From Zestosphaera tikiterensis (GTDB lineage: Archaea; Thermoproteota; Thermoprotei_A; Sulfolobales; NBVN01), in contig NBVN01000002.1 in NCBI GenBank assembly GCA_003056265.1, positions 480,001 to 512,000 of the forward strand: a stretch of DNA of 32,000 bases. The letters are read 5' to 3'. A program made the translations under genes and the position numbers. A model generated the notes under the pieces. The model was not told where the DNA came from. It was given only the letters and a program-made list of their open reading frames with translations, and made no database searches. Below, one piece after another: positions 25,202 through 32,000 of this stretch (its first letter is position 1; every line of letters starts with the position of its first letter).

Positions 25202-26413
25202 ATGAGGAAGATCTCATCGAGGTCATCCATCGTTAAGCCCTCACCTCAAAGAAGGCTTATAGCTAAAGCAAATGAGTTAGTGAGGTCTGGTAGGGTAGTT
25301 TATGATTATACGGCTGGGCAGCCGGGGTTACCTCCGGACGAAGAGCTCATTAAGACGTTCTATGAAAACTTACTTAAGGATCCTTTCAACTACTTTAGGT
25401 ACTTACCGACTAAGGGCTTAGACAAGCTACGTGTGGCTATTAGCGAAGACCTAAAGAAGTACGGAGGAATAACCGTAGATCCGGAGGATATTGTAGTGAC
25501 TTCAGGTGGTGTTGAAGGTATGAATCTCTCGTTAATTAGCGTTACAGACCCAGGCGATGAGATAGTCTTACTAGACCCTACATACAGCGTGTATTGGGAC
25601 TTAGCTGTGTATTACCAGCTGAAGGTTAAGAAATGCAGTCAAACGATAGAAACAGGGTTCCAACCTGATGTAGAGTGTTTAAAGGAAGTCATAACTAAAA
25701 ACACGGCGGCTGTGGTGGTTGTAAGTCCTGACAACCCGACAAGCAGGGTTTTAAATGAGGAGGTGTTTAAGACAATCGCTGATTTAGTGATAGATAACGA
25801 TGTTTGGTTATTGTATGATGAAGCCTATAAGCATATTATTTATGAAGGACAGCATGTATGGATACATAGATATTCACGAACTATGGAGAAGTTAATAAGT
25901 ATAAACACGTTCTCTAAAGATATAGCCATTCCAGGCTTTAGACTGGGTTATACGTATGGACCTAGGGAAGTAATCAACGAGATGGTAAAGCTTAAAGGTA
26001 TATTCTCCATAACCTCACCTGTGCCGGGTCAGTGGTTTGCCTACCAAGCCCTGACCTCAGGCATTAAAGAGAAATACTTAAGTAAGGTCCTACCTATCTA
26101 TAAGTCTAGGAGGGATGCCGCATATAACGCGTTTAGGAAGTACTTACCTGAAGCTAAGGTTTGGAACCCTCCAGCAAGCATGTACTTATTCCCCGACATG
26201 ACGCCCTACCTAGAGAGGGTTAAGATGAATGATATAGACTTCACGTTTAAACTAGCTGAGGAGAAGGGTGTGGTTATGTTGCCTGGATCTATATTCGGAG
26301 AGTGTGGTAAGAACCACTTGAGAGTAACTTTCGTTACTCAACCTGAAGAAAAGCTTGAGAAAGGTATAGAGATGCTTTCAGAGTTTATTGAAAAACTTGA
26401 GAAAAAAGCTTAA
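25202..26413 (+). CDS. Class I/II PLP-dependent aminotransferase (aspartate aminotransferase-like)
   Basis: 403 aa with the motifs SPDNPTSRV, YDEAY and the PLP-lysine context NTFSKDIAIPGFRLGY. Confidence 0.85.
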   Translation: MRKISSRSSIVKPSPQRRLIAKANELVRSGRVVYDYTAGQPGLPPDEELIKTFYENLLKDPFNYFRYLPTKGLDKLRVAISEDLKKYGGITVDPEDIVVTSGGVEGMNLSLISVTDPGDEIVLLDPTYSVYWDLAVYYQLKVKKCSQTIETGFQPDVECLKEVITKNTAAVVVVSPDNPTSRVLNEEVFKTIADLVIDNDVWLLYDEAYKHIIYEGQHVWIHRYSRTMEKLISINTFSKDIAIPGFRLGYTYGPREVINEMVKLKGIFSITSPVPGQWFAYQALTSGIKEKYLSKVLPIYKSRRDAAYNAFRKYLPEAKVWNPPASMYLFPDMTPYLERVKMNDIDFTFKLAEEKGVVMLPGSIFGECGKNHLRVTFVTQPEEKLEKGIEMLSEFIEKLEKKA

Positions 26414-27345
26414 ACACCTAGAACCTCTTTTAAGAGAGCGGCCCTAATATAAACCCCGTTTTTAGCCTGGTTAAAATACTTCGCTTGAGGTAGGTCGTCA
26501 ACATCCGTGCTTAACTCCCACACCCTAGGTAGTGGATGCATTATAATCGGTAATCTCTTAAACTTCTGGAGCATCGCTCTCTCTATCTTATATGAGCCTT
26601 TAAGACGTTCATATTCTTGAGGGTCTGAAAACCTCTCCTTCTGCAATCTAGTCACGTAAAGCACGTCAAGCTTCTCCATAACGTCCTCAGGCTTCTCGAC
26701 CATGTAGTATGTTACCTTACCTTCAATCTTCTTTATTACCTCCTCCCTAACCTGCAACTCCTTAGGCGATATGAAGTATATGGTCACGTCGTTAAACCTA
26801 GTTAGCATGTAAGACAGCGATGGTATAGTCCTTCCATACTTTAAATCACCCATCATACCTATAACTACCCCATCAACCCTACCTAACTCCTTCCATATAG
26901 TGTATACGTCCAACAACGCCTGCGTTGGATGTTCGTTTGTTCCGTCGCCGCCGTTGATGATCGGCGCCTTAACCATATCTTTAACTTTATGTGGGAAGAA
27001 CGGTTTACTATGTCTAACGACTATCACGTCTGGATCATAACCGTCTAAGATCCTCATGGTATCTTCTTCGGTTTCACCCTTCTGAAGGCTGGATACTTCC
27101 TCAATGAAGTCTATGACGTCCCCACCTAACCTCTTCATAGCAAATTGAAAACTAACTTTAGTTCTAGTGCTTGGCTCAAAGAACGCCGTAACCATCAACT
27201 TACCTACGGCATAGTTTAAAATACCGAAATCATTTATCTCTTCTTTAAGCCTTTCAGCAAGTATGAAAAGTCTGAAGAGATCCTGCCGCTCGAAGTCGAA
27301 AGCTGATAGTATATCTTTACCAACTAAACCACTCATTAAATACAC
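26410..27345 (-). CDS. pyrB: Aspartate carbamoyltransferase catalytic subunit
   Basis: 311 aa with FFEPSTRTKVSF (STRT motif), VLYVTRLQKERF and HPLPRV. These are signatures of aspartate rather than ornithine transcarbamylase. Confidence 0.9.
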   Translation of the reverse strand: MYLMSGLVGKDILSAFDFERQDLFRLFILAERLKEEINDFGILNYAVGKLMVTAFFEPSTRTKVSFQFAMKRLGGDVIDFIEEVSSLQKGETEEDTMRILDGYDPDVIVVRHSKPFFPHKVKDMVKAPIINGGDGTNEHPTQALLDVYTIWKELGRVDGVVIGMMGDLKYGRTIPSLSYMLTRFNDVTIYFISPKELQVREEVIKKIEGKVTYYMVEKPEDVMEKLDVLYVTRLQKERFSDPQEYERLKGSYKIERAMLQKFKRLPIIMHPLPRVWELSTDVDDLPQAKYFNQAKNGVYIRAALLKEVLGV

Positions 27346-27402
27346 CTCAATAAACTCTCTATACGTGGGTTAAAAAGCTTAGGTAAGCGACGTACTTTAG
27401 CT

Positions 27403-27885
27403 TTAAGACTTTAAGCCTCGTTTTTCAAAAGCTTTCTTAAAAGCCTTAACTATGTTAACATAGCCTGTACATCTACAGAGATTTCCTCTAAGCGCTTCCC
27501 TCAACTCCTCCTCACTTACCTCCATACGCTCCTTAAGTAGGTACTCACCCATAACTACAAACCCAGGTAAGCAATAACCGCATTGAATAGCGCCCTCCTC
27601 CATAAGCGCTTCCTGAACGGGTGTCAAACCGTCTTTAGAAACCCCTTCAACAGTCACGACTTCCTTACCGTTTACATCAACGGCTAACGTTATACATGAC
27701 AACACGGGTTTACCGTCTATAAGTACGGTACACGCACCACACTCGCCTATACCACACACGTATTTAGTGCCGGTTAAGTGTAGTTTATCTCTAAGTAAGT
27801 TTATCAAAAGTTCGTTTGGCTCGACCTCGGCTTCTACATACTCACCGTTAAGCTTAAACCTAACCACACGTTTCATAGGGAACAC
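27403..27885 (-). CDS. [2Fe-2S]-binding small subunit of a xanthine dehydrogenase/aldehyde oxidoreductase-family molybdoenzyme
   Basis: 160 aa with CGIGECGACTV, CGYCLPG and LCRCTGY. This is the two-cluster CoxS/CutC-type pattern. Confidence 0.9.
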   Translation of the reverse strand: MFPMKRVVRFKLNGEYVEAEVEPNELLINLLRDKLHLTGTKYVCGIGECGACTVLIDGKPVLSCITLAVDVNGKEVVTVEGVSKDGLTPVQEALMEEGAIQCGYCLPGFVVMGEYLLKERMEVSEEELREALRGNLCRCTGYVNIVKAFKKAFEKRGLKS

Positions 27886-28802
27886 CCACCCAACCTATTC
27901 AACGCTTTTAAGAAAGCATCATAAACTAAAACTTTAGAGACTTCCCTTCTATACCAAGCAGTACCTCTAACGTCGTCTATAGGTTTGATGTCCTTCTCGA
28001 GTAGGTTAAGGTATTGCTTAACTTCCTCAAGTTTCGCAGGCCTTCCAACTAAAGCAGCTTCTAAAGACTTCGCCCTTACAGGCGTTGGCGCTACAGAACC
28101 TAAAGCTATCTTAACATCTTCTAAAATGCCGTCCTTAAGTTTAATCATTACTGCCGCACTAGCTATAGCTAAATCTGTAGCAACCCTAGATATCTTAACG
28201 AACGCTGAACCTACACTAACGTTATGCTTATCTATCACCACCTCCGTTAAGACTTCATTACTCCTAAGAGCAGTGACTCCAGGACCTAAGAAAAACTCCG
28301 TTAATGGAATTACCCTAACACCTTGCTTACTTACTACCTTTACTTTAGCATCGTAAACCAACAGCGGTGGGGCACTATCGGCGGCTGGTGAGGCGTTACA
28401 TATATTACCTCCTAACGTAGCCATATTCCTTATCTGCAAGCTACCCATAGCTTTAACCGCATCGTAAAGTGCTGGTAGCTCATTCTTAACTATATCTGAT
28501 TTTTCAAGGTCAGACCAAGTAGTTAAAGCACCTATTCTGATGGACTCGGAATCACTTACTATATAGTTTAAGTTAGGTATCCTCTTTAAGTTGATTAGAT
28601 GTTTAGGCTCTAAAGCCCTCATCTTCATCTTAACTATGAGGTCGGTCCCCCCAGCTAAAACCTTAGCTTCCTCACCTAACTTGTCGAGAAGCTCTAAAGC
28701 CTCATCCAACGAGGTTGGTTCGTAGTATTCAAACCGTATCGGAAGGATTCTTGAATTCCTTAAGTTTAAGGGGACAGGCCTTACCTCACTCAAACCACTC
28801 AC
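27873..28802 (-). CDS. FAD-binding medium subunit of the same molybdoenzyme
   Basis: 309 aa with VLAGGTDLIVKMK and ATLGGNICNASPAADS, typical of CoxM/CutB-type subunits. It overlaps both neighbouring genes. Confidence 0.9.
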   Translation of the reverse strand: MSGLSEVRPVPLNLRNSRILPIRFEYYEPTSLDEALELLDKLGEEAKVLAGGTDLIVKMKMRALEPKHLINLKRIPNLNYIVSDSESIRIGALTTWSDLEKSDIVKNELPALYDAVKAMGSLQIRNMATLGGNICNASPAADSAPPLLVYDAKVKVVSKQGVRVIPLTEFFLGPGVTALRSNEVLTEVVIDKHNVSVGSAFVKISRVATDLAIASAAVMIKLKDGILEDVKIALGSVAPTPVRAKSLEAALVGRPAKLEEVKQYLNLLEKDIKPIDDVRGTAWYRREVSKVLVYDAFLKALNRLGGCSL

Positions 28803-31152
28803 CCCTTTCCTTCAAAGCCTTTAGAATCTTATCTGGTGTTATAGGCAACTCATAAAACCTAACGCCTATAGCGTTCGCTATCGCGTTAGCTACGGCAGCA
28901 GCTACGGGGTTCGACGCCGCCTCACCCAATCCCTTAGCGCCGAAGGGCCCCGTCGGTTCATAGGTCTCTGCAAACAATACTTTAAAGTCTTCAACTTTAG
29001 GCATGTCTTGAGCCGTTACTATCTTATAATCTGTTATGAAACCTCTACATAGTAACTCACCAGTCGTCGGGTTATAAGGCGTGTCTTCAGCAACTGCCAT
29101 ACCCCAACCCATGGCAAACCCTCCGTGGAGTTGACCCTCAGCTAGGTCCTTATTGATTACCGTACCTATATCAGCTCCCGCAACAACCCTTACAGGCCTA
29201 ACCTTACCTGTGTATGTATCGACCTCAACCTCAACGAACCATACGGTAAAGCTGGGTGGGGCGGAGGTAGCTCTATGAGTTACTACAGCCGCTATAGTGC
29301 CCCAATTCCTCTGCCATGCGATGGTAGCTAACTCCTTTAAAGTTATTTTAAGGTCTGGATTCCCCTCAACATATATGACCGCTTGCTTTAACTCCCTATC
29401 GTATCTTATCTTTAAAGCTTCAGGGTTTACAACCCTACCTAAAACCCTCACAGCATATTCGAATATCTTCTGCTTAACGATTTCAGCAGCTTTCAATGCT
29501 GCCGCACCACCGACGTACGTGCCTCTAGACGCATGTGTACATACGTCGTAGGGTGTTGTAGATGTGTCAGACCAGACAACGTTTATTAATTCTGGAGGTA
29601 CACCTAAGGCCTCAGCGATTATTTTAACGTGAGCGTCTAAAGTCCCTCCCCCATGATCCTGCAACGCCGTTATGTAGTCTATACTACCGTCTTCATTAAC
29701 CTTAAGCACGGCACCCGAGTAATCTATTACCTCACCCGATATCGGACCTCCAGCACCTGATGTGTGGAACCCTCTCCCAACACCAATACCTCTTCTAAAC
29801 CTTCCTTTCTTATCTTCTGGACGCCCCCTGGAACTCCACCCTATTAACTCACTTCCTTCCTTGAGTAGTTCTGGCACGCCATCGGATTTAATAACGCTTC
29901 TTACAGTAGGTCCTTGACCCCAGAATATATCTCCCTTACCCACGTAGTTCCTCAGCCTAAACTCCAGAGGATCTATTTTAAGCTCTTCAGCCAACTCATC
30001 AACAATCGTCTCAACAGCCCAAGTAACTTCCGGAGCTCCATAACCTCTAATAGCGCATCCAGGGACTTTATTAGTGTATACAGCCCTACCTACGTACCTT
30101 ATATTTCTCCATTTATATAGTGAGACAAACCAACCGAGTGAGGTTCCCAGGAGTGGATATGGCTGTACTTGATGTGCGCCTATATCTATAATGTTTTCAA
30201 ACTCGCCACCTATTAAAAACCCTTCCTTCGTAGCCCCTGCTTTAATTCTGAAGTGCATTGAGAACCCTACGTGATCATACATATCCTCCTCCCTAGTTAA
30301 CGCTATCTTAACAGGTTTCCTGGCTTTCAAGCAAAGGGCTACTGCTATAGGCACTATAACGTTTGTTTGTATGCTTGAGCCGAAACTACCGCCTATAGGG
30401 ACTTTAACTACGTTGACTTTACTCTCCGGCAAGTCGAAGATCTGGCTAACTAATATCCTAGTGTTATGTATTGTCTGCGTTGTTGTGTATATAGTTATGC
30501 TACCGTCCGTGTGGGGCACGCATAAAACCGCTTTAGGCTCTAACTGCATGTGATATCTTCTACCTGTCTTAAAGAACCTCTCGATAACTACGTCAGCTTT
30601 TTTAAACGCTTCATCAACATCTCCTTCGGAATACGTTAATTCAGCACCTACGTTATTCTTAACCTCAACCCATTTATCACCTTTCATAATTCTTTCATGT
30701 ATTGGAGGGGCGTCAGGTGACATAGCTTCGAAAGGATCTAATATAGGTTTACGTATGTTTTCGAACTCCACCTCCAATAACTCTAGAGCTCGTTGAGCCA
30801 GTTCTTCACTTGAAGCCGCTACAGCAGCTATGGGATCACCAACGAACCTAGGTCTCTTAGTCAAGACTTGATGATCTTTAAACGTTACTTCATGAACGCT
30901 TACTAACCTAGGGTTGTAGAGTTTTTGAGGTACGTCATCTGGAGTTATAACAACAGCGCCTAACCTCTCCGCTCTCTCTTTATTTATCCTTTTAACATCT
31001 GCGAAAGCGTAAGGACTTCTGAAGATCCTGCCGATTAACATGCCTGGGACTTCTAAGTCGTTAGTAAATTTAAGCGCTCCAGAAACCTTCGCTAAAGAGT
31101 CTTTCCTTAAAGTCTTTGAACCTAGGAAGCTCCAAGCAGTCATAAACTCCAA
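28786..31152 (-). CDS. Molybdopterin-binding large subunit (xanthine dehydrogenase/aldehyde oxidoreductase family; not a bona fide CO dehydrogenase)
   Basis: 788 aa with GGSFGS, AIRGYGAPE and GLGEAASNP motifs. The loop reads RGYGAPE rather than the VAYRCSFR active-site loop of form I CoxL. Confidence 0.9.
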   Translation of the reverse strand: MEFMTAWSFLGSKTLRKDSLAKVSGALKFTNDLEVPGMLIGRIFRSPYAFADVKRINKERAERLGAVVITPDDVPQKLYNPRLVSVHEVTFKDHQVLTKRPRFVGDPIAAVAASSEELAQRALELLEVEFENIRKPILDPFEAMSPDAPPIHERIMKGDKWVEVKNNVGAELTYSEGDVDEAFKKADVVIERFFKTGRRYHMQLEPKAVLCVPHTDGSITIYTTTQTIHNTRILVSQIFDLPESKVNVVKVPIGGSFGSSIQTNVIVPIAVALCLKARKPVKIALTREEDMYDHVGFSMHFRIKAGATKEGFLIGGEFENIIDIGAHQVQPYPLLGTSLGWFVSLYKWRNIRYVGRAVYTNKVPGCAIRGYGAPEVTWAVETIVDELAEELKIDPLEFRLRNYVGKGDIFWGQGPTVRSVIKSDGVPELLKEGSELIGWSSRGRPEDKKGRFRRGIGVGRGFHTSGAGGPISGEVIDYSGAVLKVNEDGSIDYITALQDHGGGTLDAHVKIIAEALGVPPELINVVWSDTSTTPYDVCTHASRGTYVGGAAALKAAEIVKQKIFEYAVRVLGRVVNPEALKIRYDRELKQAVIYVEGNPDLKITLKELATIAWQRNWGTIAAVVTHRATSAPPSFTVWFVEVEVDTYTGKVRPVRVVAGADIGTVINKDLAEGQLHGGFAMGWGMAVAEDTPYNPTTGELLCRGFITDYKIVTAQDMPKVEDFKVLFAETYEPTGPFGAKGLGEAASNPVAAAVANAIANAIGVRFYELPITPDKILKALKERGEWFE

Positions 31153-31236
31153 CCTCTCACGTTAACTCCTTAGATATTTGGAGTTAAGGGAAAAAATATT
31201 ATTATGTTTAATCCGTAATTAAATTCGGTGTGTTTA

Positions 31237-32000
31237 ATGCGTGGTGGGAACTTATTAGTTAGGAATGGTTTAATCGTAACTTCAGAAGCTATGTTTAAAG
31301 CTGACGTGAAGGTGGTTGACGGCAAGATAGTCTCAATAGGTGAGGGCTTAAGTAATGAAGGCGTTGACGAGGTAATAGACGCTAAAGGTATGTTGGTTTT
31401 ACCAGGTGTTGTTGATGAACACGTACATATGCGTGAGCCGGGGCTTGAGTTTAAAGACGATTTCACGCACGGCACTAAAGCAGCTGCTTTAGGTGGTGTA
31501 ACTACAGTTATTGAGCAACCCAATACGTTACCGCCTGTAGAGGATTCTAATACCTTACTAGCTAAGGCGAAGTTATTAGAGGGTAAGGCATTCGTTGATT
31601 TCGCGCTTTACGGCGTTTTATACGACTCTAACGTACATAACTTTGAAGACATGATTTCATCCGGTGCCGTAGGTTTTAAGGTGTTCTTAGGGCCGACGAC
31701 AGGTAATATACCGCCGCCTTCTACGGGGTCGTTATACCATATATTAAGTCTTTCAGCAAAGCATAACGTCACGATAGCCTTCCACGCAGAAGATAATGAC
31801 TTAGTTAACTACTTCACGAATAAAGTAAGGAGTGAGGGACGTGTAGACGCTAAAGCGCATGAAGACGCACGACCTCCGATATGTGAGGAGTTAGCTGTGA
31901 TTAAGTTAGCTACCATAGCTAAAAGAACGGGCGGTCATGCCCACATCTTACATCTATCCTCTAAAGAAGCTGTTGAAGTCATTAAAGAGGGTAAGGTGAG
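31237..32000 (+). CDS. pyrC: Dihydroorotase (cyclic amidohydrolase), 5' part, running off the window
   Basis: This ORF is not in the track because it has no stop in the window. My translation from ATG 31237 is MRGGNLLVRNGLIVTSEAMFKADVKVVDGKIVSIG...LPGVVDEHVHMREPGLEFKDDFTHGTKAAALGGVTTVIEQPNTLPP. The D.HVH.REPG ... GG.TT ... PNT.P pattern is that of class I dihydroorotases. Confidence 0.75.
   Translation, partial: MRGGNLLVRNGLIVTSEAMFKADVKVVDGKIVSIGEGLSNEGVDEVIDAKGMLVLPGVVDEHVHMREPGLEFKDDFTHGTKAAALGGVTTVIEQPNTLPPVEDSNTLLAKAKLLEGKAFVDFALYGVLYDSNVHNFEDMISSGAVGFKVFLGPTTGNIPPPSTGSLYHILSLSAKHNVTIAFHAEDNDLVNYFTNKVRSEGRVDAKAHEDARPPICEELAVIKLATIAKRTGGHAHILHLSSKEAVEVIKEGKV

Noticed and set aside
705-30553. 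Other short track ORFs nested antisense or out of frame within long genes: 705-953, 3360-3629, 4406-4654, 7285-7581, 8042-8236, 9935-10153, 10951-11160, 13647-13934, 13968-14156, 14864-15079, 15548-15733, 16757-16984, 17852-18046, 18945-19133, 21962-22450, 23908-24126, 27985-28356, 29297-29551, 29914-30120, 30371-30553
   Set aside because: Each overlaps a longer ORF that has clear family motifs. They have low-complexity or Ser/Leu-rich shadow-frame composition and no motifs of their own.
28786-31152. Aerobic CO dehydrogenase (CoxL)
   Set aside because: The active-site loop reads AIRGYGAPE rather than VAYRCSFR (form I) or AYRGAGR (form II). The generic XDH/aldehyde oxidoreductase family call is safer.
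31170-31523. Track ORF 31170-31523 (-), 117 aa
   Set aside because: It is an antisense shadow of the clearly recognisable dihydroorotase N-terminus encoded on the + strand from 31237.
1-32000. CRISPR arrays, rRNA or tRNA genes, transposase or integrase genes
   Set aside because: I scanned both strands by eye for regularly spaced direct repeats, T-arm consensus sequences and transposase-like ORFs, and found none. Every large ORF is accounted for by housekeeping or hypothetical proteins.

Overview
This looks like a chromosomal segment from a crenarchaeote (Thermoprotei-like). The pointers are RFC small and large subunits, Orc1/Cdc6, fused ThiD-ThiN, Thi4, TATA boxes about 25-36 nt upstream of start codons (leaderless-style), and a textbook C/D box sRNA. 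All calls come from reading the sequence and the ORF track by eye, and no searches were run.

Most of the window is housekeeping:
- ribB
- a peptide-type ABC importer with a binding protein and two permeases but no ATPase genes
- a secreted C69 dipeptidase
- an MBL-fold protein
- a thiamine cluster (thiDN, thi4, tenA)
- a DegT-type sugar aminotransferase
- a TtuA/Ncs6-type tRNA thiolase
- a nucleoside phosphorylase
- orc1/cdc6 coupled to a small wHTH gene
- rfcL and rfcS
- a TRAM protein
- an aminotransferase
- pyrB
- a three-subunit xanthine-dehydrogenase/aldehyde-oxidoreductase-family enzyme
- the 5' part of a dihydroorotase gene

I saw no rRNA, tRNA or CRISPR array.

The most unusual locus is 24285-25131. 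A small conserved archaeal gene is split by a frame-breaking non-coding insert of about 333-343 nt. The insert is GC-rich and folds into a string of stable hairpins. It is bounded by CTGA...TCAG hairpin termini and sits between imperfect 10-nt direct repeats. A closely related terminal hairpin motif (CTGAAAGCCTYGCC-loop-GGCRGG) occurs as solo copies at 5201-5227 and 18882-18908. The insert could be a MITE/PATE-like element or an RNA-level intervening sequence, and the sequence alone cannot decide.

Other points of note:
- an unannotated C/D box sRNA (about 11698-11753), preceded by a periodic YTAAG array
- a methyltransferase gene broken at an A7 run
- a DegT gene with no in-frame start codon for its conserved N-terminus
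- a 700-nt ORF-free region containing a long AT-rich inverted repeat
- pyrB and pyrC separated by the molybdoenzyme operon, with no pyrI
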